Shown here one piece after another: positions 8,522 to 16,903 of a DNA stretch of 26,875 nucleotides. Numbering within the stretch: the first letter of the stretch is position 1; each line of letters starts with the position of its first letter. The notes below the pieces were generated by a model. That model worked only from the letters and a program-made list of their open reading frames with translations, made no database searches and was not told the origin of the DNA. A program made the translations under genes and the position numbers. Source of the DNA: an uncultured Thermodesulfobacteriota bacterium (lineage in GTDB: Bacteria; Desulfobacterota; Deferrisomatia; Deferrisomatales; JACRMM01); the NCBI GenBank assembly GCA_964647795.1, contig CAZYJP010000001.1, positions 1 through 26,875 on the forward strand, written 5' to 3'.

Positions 8522-10111
8522 ATGAACCTGCGTCAGCCCAACGGCAACGAAGCCACCAGCACCTTCAACCGCTCCCGAGACGTGGTGCCCATGTCCGGGA
8601 TCTGCACCGCATGCCTGGACGGATGCAAGGGCGGGTGCGAGATCTGGCTCGCCAGCTTCCGAGGTCGGGAGGTGCTCTATCCCTCCCGTTACGGGGAAGT
8701 AACGGCCGGGGCAGACAAGAACTACCCGGTGGACTACTCCCACCTCAATATCCAGGGCTACGCGGTGGGGGCCGAAGGCCTGCCCGCCGGCACCGAGCCC
8801 GGGCCCGACACGGCGATCTTTCCGGCCGTAGGCACCGAGACGGCGTACGGGTGGGACAAGAAGGTCAAGATGAAGGCGCCCGTCTTCACCGGTGCTTTGG
8901 GCTCCACCGATATCGCCCGCAAGAACTGGGAGCACTTCGCGGTGGGTGCTGCAATCGCCGGCGTCACCCTGGTTTGCGGTGAGAACGTGTGCGGCATCGA
9001 TCCCCAACTCGAGCTTGGCCCAGGGGGGAAGGTCAGGAGTTCGCCGGAGATGGATCGCCGCATCTCCACCTACCGCAGGTTTCACGAGGGCTACGGCGAG
9101 ATCCTGGTGCAGATGAACGTGGAGGACACGCGGCTGGGTGTGGCGGAGTACGTTATCGAAAAGCACGGCCTCGACACCATCGAGCTCAAGTGGGGGCAGG
9201 GGGCCAAGTGCATCGGAGGGGAGATCAAGGTCGACACCCTGGAACGCGCTGTGGAGTTGAAGCGGCGGGGCTACGTGGTGCTCCCGGACCCGACCCTGCA
9301 CGAGAACGAGCGGGCCTTCCGGCATGGTGCCCTGCGGCAGTTCGAGCGCCACTCGCGCCTGGGGTTCGTTACCAAGGAGGGGTTCCTGGGGGAAGTGGAG
9401 CGCCTCCGGGGGCTGGGCTTTCGGAGGGTCACCCTCAAGACGGGGGCGTACTCCATGGTGGAGCTCGCCATGGCCTTGCGGTGGGCGTCCGAGGCGAAGA
9501 TCGACCTGCTGACCATCGACGGGGCGCCCGGGGGGACCGGGATGAGCCCATGGCCGATGATGAACGAGTGGGGCATTCCCACCTTCTACCTTCAGGCGCT
9601 GGCCTATGATTTCGCCCAGAAGCTAGCGGCGAAGGGGCTGCGGGTTCCGGATCTGGCAATCGCCGGGGGGTTCTCCTCGGAGGACGGCGTGTTCAAGGCA
9701 CTGGCAATGGGCGCTCCGTACTTCAAGGCTGTCTGCATGGGGCGGGCGTTGATGATCCCAGGGATGGTCGGGAAGAACATCGGCGAGTGGATGGAAAAGG
9801 GAGAGCTCCCCAAGACCGTGTCCCAGTATGGTACCCAGGCGGACCAGATCTTCGTGGTCATCGAAGATCTCCAGGACAAGTACGGCGCCGACATCAAGGA
9901 CATCCCCTATGGCGCCATCGGGATCTACACCTACGCAGAGAAATTCAAGACCGGCCTCCGGCAGCTCATGGCCGGCGCGCGAAAGTTTTCCTTGGGACTC
10001 TTGGACCGAAGCGATCTCATGGCTCTCACCGAAGAGGCCTCTCGGGTTTCCGGCATCCCGTACGTGATGGAAGCCCGCCGGGACGAGGCGGAAAGCATTC
10101 TGCTCGGCTGA
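8522..10111 (+). CDS. FMN-binding glutamate synthase family protein (stand-alone FMN domain)
   Basis: IELKWGQGAK, LKTG, TIDGAPGGTG, AIAGG, KALAMGA, GRALM motifs of the GltB FMN barrel; N-terminal CxxCxxxCxxxC; no amidotransferase domain; GGAGG RBS. Confidence 0.85.
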   Translation: MNLRQPNGNEATSTFNRSRDVVPMSGICTACLDGCKGGCEIWLASFRGREVLYPSRYGEVTAGADKNYPVDYSHLNIQGYAVGAEGLPAGTEPGPDTAIFPAVGTETAYGWDKKVKMKAPVFTGALGSTDIARKNWEHFAVGAAIAGVTLVCGENVCGIDPQLELGPGGKVRSSPEMDRRISTYRRFHEGYGEILVQMNVEDTRLGVAEYVIEKHGLDTIELKWGQGAKCIGGEIKVDTLERAVELKRRGYVVLPDPTLHENERAFRHGALRQFERHSRLGFVTKEGFLGEVERLRGLGFRRVTLKTGAYSMVELAMALRWASEAKIDLLTIDGAPGGTGMSPWPMMNEWGIPTFYLQALAYDFAQKLAAKGLRVPDLAIAGGFSSEDGVFKALAMGAPYFKAVCMGRALMIPGMVGKNIGEWMEKGELPKTVSQYGTQADQIFVVIEDLQDKYGADIKDIPYGAIGIYTYAEKFKTGLRQLMAGARKFSLGLLDRSDLMALTEEASRVSGIPYVMEARRDEAESILLG

Positions 10112-10131
10112 ACCGGTCGGGTTGGAAAAGT

Positions 10132-10174
10132 AGGGCCGGGGGAGCGTGCGAGGGGCCGCTCCCCCGGCCCTTTT
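10132..10174 (+). terminator. Rho-independent terminator
   Basis: Perfect 15-bp stem AGGGCCGGGGGAGCG / CGCTCCCCCGGCCCT, 10-nt loop, followed by TTT, 20 nt after the stop codon. Confidence 0.8.
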
Positions 10175-10298
10175 GGGGCCCCCGATGCGTTCCCGGGCCC
10201 CGGGGTGGGCGAGAACCATTTCTTGACGCGCCTGCCGGTCTCGGGGTTCCATAGGGCGGCTACCGTTTCGGCCCGAATCCCTCCACGGAGCGCCCCCA

Positions 10299-11366
10299 AT
10301 GGCGCAGCGGTCCCCCCTGGAAGAAGACCTCCGCCCCGCGGCCCAGGCCAGCGGGTTCCTACTCCCGATCGTCCTGTGCGGTGCGATCCTGGCCGCTGGG
10401 CTCTCGACCCTGGGATCTCGGGAGCCGGCGCCCTGGGCAGAAAGAGGCTCGTCCCTTTCGATCTCCTCGCCCACGAGACCCCCCTCCCACCTGTTGACTT
10501 TCGAGACCACCTCGGCACGAAACCTGGCGGCCCTTCTGGACGCTGCCTGGACCACCCCGACAGCTCAGGACGCCGTTCCGAACCTCGCACCGCTGCGGCT
10601 TCCCCCGGATATGGACGAGCTCGACCGGGACGCAAAGAAAGAAGTGTTCCTTCGGGCGATACTCCCTCACCTGCTCGCGGTGAATCGTAGGATTCGTGCG
10701 GATCGGTCGCGATTGCGGCAGATTCGCGAAGACCTCCTCTCCGGGCGGGAGCTCACGCCGGAACAAGACGCCTTCGTCTCCCGGATGGTGGAACAGTACC
10801 GCGTGGATCCCGAGGGGACCGAGCCCGCGGCTCGCGCCTCCGCGGCCCTGCTGGAGGAATTGTGGACCCGGGCCGACGTCGTTCCCCCAAGCCTGGGCCT
10901 GGCCCAAGCGGCGATCGAGTCCGCCTGGGGGGGCTCTCGTTTCGCGAGACTGGGAAACAGTCTGTTCGGACAGTGGGTGTTTTCTGCGGACAAGGGGATA
11001 GCCCCCCTGTTGCGGGACGAAGGGGCCAACTACTCCGTCGCTCGCTTCGGCGACCTGGGCGAGGCGGTGGAAGCCTACCTCCGCAACCTCAACACGTTTT
11101 GGGCCTACGAGGAATTTCGCACGCTGCGAAAGGGAATGAGGGAGTCAGGGCTTGCACTCGATCCGCATGCCTTGGCCGAGGGGCTGCTCCTGTACTCCGT
11201 GCGTAGAGACGAGTACGTGGAGGAGGTGCGGAGCGTGCTTAGGGACAACAGGTTGGACCGGTTCGACGGCCGACGCCTGGCGCAGGTGCCCGACTCGGTC
11301 TGGAACACGATCCTGGCGGACCTGGATGAAGCGCCTTCCTTCCGCTCCGTCCACCTCCCGGAGTGA
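10299..11366 (+). CDS. Membrane-anchored glucosaminidase-domain protein (Bax-like, GH73)
   Basis: N-terminal hydrophobic anchor; KKEVFLRAILP, LAQAAIESAWGGSRFARLGNSLFG, YLRNLNT, YS..R..EY motifs. Confidence 0.85.
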   Translation: MAQRSPLEEDLRPAAQASGFLLPIVLCGAILAAGLSTLGSREPAPWAERGSSLSISSPTRPPSHLLTFETTSARNLAALLDAAWTTPTAQDAVPNLAPLRLPPDMDELDRDAKKEVFLRAILPHLLAVNRRIRADRSRLRQIREDLLSGRELTPEQDAFVSRMVEQYRVDPEGTEPAARASAALLEELWTRADVVPPSLGLAQAAIESAWGGSRFARLGNSLFGQWVFSADKGIAPLLRDEGANYSVARFGDLGEAVEAYLRNLNTFWAYEEFRTLRKGMRESGLALDPHALAEGLLLYSVRRDEYVEEVRSVLRDNRLDRFDGRRLAQVPDSVWNTILADLDEAPSFRSVHLPE

Positions 11367-11525
11367 GCACCCCGGATGGCTTCCAGGCGCAGGGAGACCA
11401 CCCCGCACTTCCCCGCCTCCCATCCCGCCCGCCTGCTTCTGGACAGTTCTCAAGAAACCCCCGGCACCGGCCGATGGAGGGGAGGGGGTGCCCCTCCAAC
11501 CGTCGTCCACCTGCGAGGAAAGCTG

Positions 11526-12065
11526 ATGGCCCTGGAAGGAACCCTCAACTACATGGACGTCTCTCACCTGCTCGAGGTGGTCGGGATCTCGGGGAAATCC
11601 GGAGTTCTCTCCATCCATTGGGAAGAGCGAACGGCTCGCCTCATCTTCCAGCAGGGGCGGCTTCTGCGCGCTGAGTCCAACCGCATCCGTGACGGCATCG
11701 GGGCACTCCTGGAACAGGCAGGCATCCTGACTGCCGAGTCTTTGGCCCAAGCCTTGGAGATCCAAAAGGCCGAGGGCGGAACGCGGCGCCTGGGAGGCAT
11801 TCTGTGTGATGACTTCGCCGTGGACCCCGCGGACATCGAGAAGGTGCTCCTGGAGCAGTCGAAACAGATTGTCTACGACGTCTTTTCCTGGCCGGGGGGG
11901 CGCTTCACGTTCACATTCCAGGCGCCGGGGGAGGCGCTGGACCGGTTCCACCACAATGCGCTGGAATTCATCCACGATGTGGGGATCGAGGCGGGGTTTC
12001 TCGCGAGAGAGGGGGTCGCCAGGGAACTGGGGACCCGGACACGGGGAAGATCGCCTGCCGGCTGA
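11526..12065 (+). CDS. DUF4388 (PatA_N-like) domain protein with tandem MshEN-like motifs
   Basis: MALEGTL..MDVSHLLEVV...KSGVL, F..GRL..A, IVYDVFSWPGGRFTF pattern. Start set to ATG 11526 instead of 11376. Confidence 0.8.
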   Translation: MALEGTLNYMDVSHLLEVVGISGKSGVLSIHWEERTARLIFQQGRLLRAESNRIRDGIGALLEQAGILTAESLAQALEIQKAEGGTRRLGGILCDDFAVDPADIEKVLLEQSKQIVYDVFSWPGGRFTFTFQAPGEALDRFHHNALEFIHDVGIEAGFLAREGVARELGTRTRGRSPAG

Positions 12066-12215
12066 CCGATCCCACCCGGTGATCCCCGCCCTTGCCGCGG
12101 GGCGGGAGGCGCCGGGATGAGCCCGCCCCGCCCCTCCGGCAGCGCAGGATCCGGTGAGTCCGTTTCCCCCCGCGGCATCCTCGCGCACGCCGTTTTTCAG
12201 CTTCACGAAGGGGCC

Positions 12216-13343
12216 CTAAGGGGGAGGTGTCCGGCCGGCGTCCAGCGGCAGGACTCCTAAGGGCGCTCCCCGGGACTGGACCAGAGCCTTGAAGGACTCC
12301 CCCATTCCGGGATCCGGCAGCAGGAGAGGCGCGGCGGCTCGTCGGGCCTCCAGGGCCTCCACGGCGCTGAGACACCGCTCTTCCAACCGATTCACCTGCT
12401 CGAGGAGTCCCAGTGCGACCAGGAAGTCGCGAAGGGGCAGCAGCCGTGAAGCCTGCAGGCCTAGCGCTTCTCCAGCCTCGCGCAGGGCGGTGAAGTCCAC
12501 GTGCGCCGTGAGATCCTGGAGTCCGGGAGTTGCCAGCAGGTCGTCGCGGACACGGTGGGTCCGGTAGCCCCGCACGGTGCCCCGTGGCCGGTGGACTCCG
12601 TAGAGACGGGACGCCTCGTCCCCGTAATCGATCGTGACCACGTATCCCCGGGCAAGTGCGGCGCTCACCCCGGAGAGCCAGCCGGTCACGCCCAGATTGA
12701 CCTCCATCTCGCACCCCTCCGGGAGTTCCGTGTAGGGTGGCAGACGGCCCAGGAGCTCGGGGCGGCTGGGGGGGCGGAGCACCTCGGTCAGGCCTGACCC
12801 GTCCGAGTCCACGTGAACCTCCCACAAGCGGCCGTCCCGGCGCGTGAGCCGGTGCACGGGGAAGGCGTCCAAGAGCTCGTTGGAGAGGTAGAGGCCCTCC
12901 ACCGGGGTTTGCGGGGGCCATTCCACGATCCGGTCCCGGTGAGGGGTCCAAAGTAGTTTCTGGCGGAGGCGGAGCGCCGGACTCGACTCGTCGGGGGCGT
13001 ACCGCAGGCGGGAGTACAGCGCGGGCGACTCCTCCCGGAGGCAGTCCATCATATCTCGAGCCAGCCGGCCCTCCCCCGGCCCCCCTTCGGCGAGCACGAA
13101 CGGATCGGGCCCTCCGAGAGCGTCGTCCGCTATGCGGACCAGACGGACGAGGCACCGGGCGAAGAGCACCGTCAGGTGGGGGGCGGTGGTGAAGTCGCCC
13201 TGATCCTCCCCCACCCGGACCTGCCCCGAGGCGTAGTAGCCGTGCTCCGGGTGGGAGAGCGCCCAGTCCATAAAGGTGGCGAAGGGGATCGGCCCCTGTT
13301 CGGCGATCCGATCGACGATCCAGCGGAGGAGGGGGGTCTCCAT
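12216..13343 (-). CDS. SAM-dependent methyltransferase, MidA/NDUFAF7 family
   Basis: GPIPFATFM..ALSHPEHGYY, GDFTTAP, EGGPGEGRLA, SNELLDAFPVH, IDYG, PGLQDLTAHVDF, MGESFK. Start ATG 13343 (GGAGG RBS) preferred; 13385 possible. Confidence 0.9.
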   Translation of the reverse strand: METPLLRWIVDRIAEQGPIPFATFMDWALSHPEHGYYASGQVRVGEDQGDFTTAPHLTVLFARCLVRLVRIADDALGGPDPFVLAEGGPGEGRLARDMMDCLREESPALYSRLRYAPDESSPALRLRQKLLWTPHRDRIVEWPPQTPVEGLYLSNELLDAFPVHRLTRRDGRLWEVHVDSDGSGLTEVLRPPSRPELLGRLPPYTELPEGCEMEVNLGVTGWLSGVSAALARGYVVTIDYGDEASRLYGVHRPRGTVRGYRTHRVRDDLLATPGLQDLTAHVDFTALREAGEALGLQASRLLPLRDFLVALGLLEQVNRLEERCLSAVEALEARRAAAPLLLPDPGMGESFKALVQSRGAPLGVLPLDAGRTPPP

Positions 13344-13599
13344 GGGGGCGCCTCCAAGGGGGGTCGGAGAGGGAGTCTCGGTCATTTTCCGTCTGGGCGC
13401 AAGGCGGGGGGCCGCCCGCCTTCGTCACCACCAGGACCCATGGACACCGCACAGTCTCGCGACACCCCGTACCCACGCGGCCGCCGAGGAGGTCCGGGCC
13501 CGTTCTTCCGATGGGCGGTAAGCCCGATCCCCCGGGCTCCTTGAACTGTTCGCCGGGAATGCTGTACCTTCCGCGGGACGTCCTAAGCGAGAGGCCCCC

Positions 13600-14193
13600 A
13601 TGTTTCCTCCCCCCATCGCAAGGCTCTTGCGGGAGTTCCAAAAGCTGCCCGGCGTGGGAGAGAAGACCGCGGTGCGGTTTGCGTTGCATGTGCTGCGGGC
13701 GCCGGCCGAGGATGCTCATTCTCTGGCACGCGCTCTGGCGGATGTCGTGGAGCGGATACGCCCTTGTTCGGTCTGTTTTCAGCTCACCGAAGCCGATCCC
13801 TGTGACATGTGCACCTCGGCGCGGCGCGACCCCCGTCTGGTCTGCGTAGTGGAGGATCAGGCCAGCCTGATGGCGGTGGAGCGCACCCGGTCGTACTTCG
13901 GACGGTATCACGTGCTCGGGGGGCACCTGTCTCCAATGGACGGGATGGGACCGGAGGATCTGCGGATCCGGGAACTCCTCTCGCGAGTGAAACAGCAGGC
14001 GGTGGAGGAAGTGATCCTGGCTACGAATCCGGATGTGGAGGGAGACGCGACCGCTCTCTTCGTCAAACGATTGCTGGATCCTCTGGGGCTCAAGGTGACC
14101 CGGATCGCTCGGGGGGTACCCATGGGGGGCGACCTGGAGTACGCGGATGCCCTCACACTGGGAAGGGCGCTGGAAGGCCGGGGGGTGTACTGA
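13600..14193 (+). CDS. recR: Recombination mediator RecR
   Basis: LPGVGEKTA HhH, C4 zinc finger CSVC...CDMC, VCVVED, YHVLGGHLSPMDGMGP, ATNPDVEGDATA, GGDLEYADALTL. Confidence 0.97.
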   Translation: MFPPPIARLLREFQKLPGVGEKTAVRFALHVLRAPAEDAHSLARALADVVERIRPCSVCFQLTEADPCDMCTSARRDPRLVCVVEDQASLMAVERTRSYFGRYHVLGGHLSPMDGMGPEDLRIRELLSRVKQQAVEEVILATNPDVEGDATALFVKRLLDPLGLKVTRIARGVPMGGDLEYADALTLGRALEGRGVY

Positions 14194-14213
14194 ACCTTGG
14201 GGGGCGGCATCCC

Positions 14214-15464
14214 TCAGCGAATATCGAAACGGGCGAAACGGCAGCGGATCCCTCCGTTGACGAGAGGCCAGTAGCGTTTCGGCTTGAGCTGAAAGGCGCT
14301 AGCCAAACGGCCGTTGGCAAGGAAAAGGTGAATACGAAATCCACGACAGCGAGTCTTGAAGACCCGGCCCATGGTCTGGTACAGGGGAATCAGCTTCTCG
14401 ACTTCCTCGAGACGAACCCCGTAAGGGGGGTTCGTGACTACCGTGGCGCCCCATCCCGGGGTGGGAGCAAAGTCGCCGACGGCTCCCAACTCAAGCCCGA
14501 CGACGTCGCCCAGTCCGGCCGCCTCGATATTGAGGCGGGCGGACTCCAGGGCGGCGGGGTCTGCGTCCCTGCCCCGGATGATCACCCGGCGGGGCCGGTG
14601 TGCCTCGCGGCGCGCTGTTTCGCGCAGCTCCTCCCATCGGGCCGAATCGAAACCTCGCGACCGCTGGAAGGCGAAGTCCTCCGACAGGAGCCCGGGCGCG
14701 ACCCGGGCGGCGAGCAGGCCGGCCTCGATGAGAATCGTTCCGGAGCCGCAAAGCGGGTCGAGGAACGGGCTCTGTCGGTCCCAGCCGCTCAGGTACACGG
14801 CCCCCGCGGCGAGGCACTCCCCCAGGGGTGCCTCGGTGCTTCGGACCCGGTAGCCTCGTCGATGCAGCGAACGTCCTGCGACATCGAGGGAGAGGGTGCA
14901 CCGCGCCTCCACCAGACGAACGAGGATCCGGACGTCCGGGGCCCTGGATTCCACGGAAGGGCGCACGCCCTCCCGCTCCCGGAACCAGTCTGCGACAGCG
15001 TCCTTGACCTTGAGGGCCGCAAAGCCCGAGTGGCGGTGGGTGGGACCCGAGACCTTGGCATCCACTGCGAAGGTTTGATCGGGTCTCAACACCGAGTCCC
15101 AGGACACCCGCCGTGCGCCGTGGTAGAGGGCCTCGGCCGTGGGAGCGTCGAAGCTCGCCAATTCCCGGTAGATGCGCACCGCACACCGCAGGTGGAGCGC
15201 GGCGCGCCACCCCTCCCACTCCGGCCCGTCGAAGCGAACCCCTCCCACTTGAGCCTCGGCTCGGGACAGGCGAAGGCCCCGGACCTCCTCCAGGAGCACG
15301 GACTCCAGCCCGGGGGGACAGGCAGCGAAAAAGGTCTGTCGTTGGGGATTTCGGATGGCCACGGCTTTTCGGGAGAGCGGGAGGAAGAGGTGTTCCAGAG
15401 AAGCACGGGTCCGGGAGCCGAGGCAAGCTTCCTTTGCGCTCACGGTGGACTCAAGGCCGCTCAT
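14214..15464 (-). CDS. rlmL: THUMP-domain class I SAM RNA methyltransferase (RlmL-like, no RlmK half)
   Basis: FAACPPGLE, THUMP region, SLDVAGRSLHRRGYR, APLGECLAA, DPLCGSGTILIEA, NPPYG. Start uncertain (ATG 15464 or GTG 15362); substrate assignment is by family only. Confidence 0.82.
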   Translation of the reverse strand: MSGLESTVSAKEACLGSRTRASLEHLFLPLSRKAVAIRNPQRQTFFAACPPGLESVLLEEVRGLRLSRAEAQVGGVRFDGPEWEGWRAALHLRCAVRIYRELASFDAPTAEALYHGARRVSWDSVLRPDQTFAVDAKVSGPTHRHSGFAALKVKDAVADWFREREGVRPSVESRAPDVRILVRLVEARCTLSLDVAGRSLHRRGYRVRSTEAPLGECLAAGAVYLSGWDRQSPFLDPLCGSGTILIEAGLLAARVAPGLLSEDFAFQRSRGFDSARWEELRETARREAHRPRRVIIRGRDADPAALESARLNIEAAGLGDVVGLELGAVGDFAPTPGWGATVVTNPPYGVRLEEVEKLIPLYQTMGRVFKTRCRGFRIHLFLANGRLASAFQLKPKRYWPLVNGGIRCRFARFDIR

Positions 15465-15556
15465 GACCGCGTGATGTCCTGTCTGGCAGATGGGTCACTC
15501 GGCCCGCGAGGGCTTGCCGAGGGCAGACGTACCCTCTCAGGCGAAGAGATCGCACC

Positions 15557-16903
15557 ATGAGTGGCCTGCGTCTGAACATCGCGAACAAGCTTTTCTTGGG
15601 TTATCTCCCGCTCTTGCTGCTGACCGCCCTGATCGCTTCGTTCGCTCTTCTCAGCCTCACGCGTCTCAACCGGATCACCGACAGCATCGTCCAGGTAGAC
15701 GTCCCCCTGGTGGAGGCTGTGGATCAGTTGGTGGAGAATCTCCTGGCGCAGGACTCCTACGGCCGGCGCTACCTCCTCCTGCGGGATCCCGAGTTGGAAG
15801 AGGTCTTCCGCCAACGAAGCGGCGGGTTTCGCAGTCAATTGGTTAGATTCCGAGAGATACGGGGTTGGGAAGACCCGTGGGTAACACGGGTGGAAGGGCT
15901 CCACCGGCAGTACGAGGACCTCTTCGAGGAGGGGTTTGCCCGCTCCGGGGAGCTCAGTCCAGAGGAGAACCGCACGCTGCGAGGTCAGCACGCTGAAATC
16001 CTGGAGACTCTTCGCCAGGAGTCGAGCGCACTCCGGCGTGCCAGAAACCTGAAGACCCTGCAGACCGGCGAAATTGGGGAGCGGGCCTTCCATGTCACCG
16101 TTATTCTGTTTCTCCTGGGTGCCGCGGTAGCCGGGGGAACTGCCCTGATCATCTCCCGGGGAATCACGGTGGCCGTGCACCGGCTCCAGACCGCCGCCGG
16201 TGAGATCTCGGAGGGACGCTTCGACCGGGTACCGGAACTGGACACGGGGGACGAGATCGGAGATCTCGCCCGGGCCTTTGCGGCCATGTCTTCCCGGCTC
16301 CAGAGGATGGAGCAGACCTGCCTGGATGCGAGTCCCCTGACCCGCCTTCCGGGGGGGGAAGCGATCGAGGATGCTCTTCATCAGCGGATCGAACGAGGGG
16401 ACCCCGTGGCTTTTTGTCTGTTCGATCTGGACAACTTCAAGGCCTACAGCGACAAGTACGGCTACGCCCGAGGCAGCGGCGTGATCAAGTCGGTGGGGCG
16501 GATTCTGGAGAAGACGGTGGAGCAGGCGGGAAAGCCGGAGGATTTCATCGGGCACATCGGGGGAGACGACTTTGTCCTCCTCACGGCCCGAGAGCGGTGC
16601 CGGAGCTTGTGCAACGAGGTGATCCGACGCTTCGACGCGGCGGTGCCGGGGTTCTATGATGAGGAGGATCGATCGCGGGGGTTCATCCGGGGGAAGAGCC
16701 GCCAGGGGGAATCCGCCACGTTTCCCCTTCTTTCCCTTTCGATCGCCGTGGTAACGGAAACGGACCTGGTATACCGCGACCCCATTTCCATCGGCGAAGC
16801 GGCAGCCCGGCTGAAGGAATCCGCCAAGGAAATCCCCGGGAGCGTGACCGTGATCGACGTAGAATCCCTTCCCGGGAGTTTGCCTCCCAGGACGGCGTCA
16901 TGA
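15557..16903 (+). CDS. Membrane sensor with HAMP and GGDEF-like domain (GGDDF)
   Basis: Two TMs flanking a roughly 140-aa helical periplasmic region; HAMP (GDEIGDLARAFAAM); DLDNFK...GHIGGDDF...SLSIAV. Confidence 0.9.
   Translation: MSGLRLNIANKLFLGYLPLLLLTALIASFALLSLTRLNRITDSIVQVDVPLVEAVDQLVENLLAQDSYGRRYLLLRDPELEEVFRQRSGGFRSQLVRFREIRGWEDPWVTRVEGLHRQYEDLFEEGFARSGELSPEENRTLRGQHAEILETLRQESSALRRARNLKTLQTGEIGERAFHVTVILFLLGAAVAGGTALIISRGITVAVHRLQTAAGEISEGRFDRVPELDTGDEIGDLARAFAAMSSRLQRMEQTCLDASPLTRLPGGEAIEDALHQRIERGDPVAFCLFDLDNFKAYSDKYGYARGSGVIKSVGRILEKTVEQAGKPEDFIGHIGGDDFVLLTARERCRSLCNEVIRRFDAAVPGFYDEEDRSRGFIRGKSRQGESATFPLLSLSIAVVTETDLVYRDPISIGEAAARLKESAKEIPGSVTVIDVESLPGSLPPRTAS

Noticed and set aside
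10627-10637. GGGACGCAAAG, resembling the core of a c-di-GMP-I/GEMM riboswitch
   Set aside because: Lies inside the Bax-like CDS and lacks the upstream GGCAAAC/GNRA stem.
4622-11525. Long N-terminal extensions in the ORF track (4622, 5161, 6222 and 11376 starts; likewise 1798, 3247, 4300, 4512, 18155, 23819)
   Set aside because: They overlap neighbouring genes or intergenic DNA; downstream starts have clear RBSs and match family lengths. No evidence of real fusions.
12066-12215. TTTTTCAGC near 12193 as a third MITE end
   Set aside because: Only 9 nt match; no CCTGCTAG terminus or internal core.
13386-13599. Possible SRP RNA (ffs), often near dnaX-recR
   Set aside because: No helix-8 GGAA tetraloop with the AGCAG motif.
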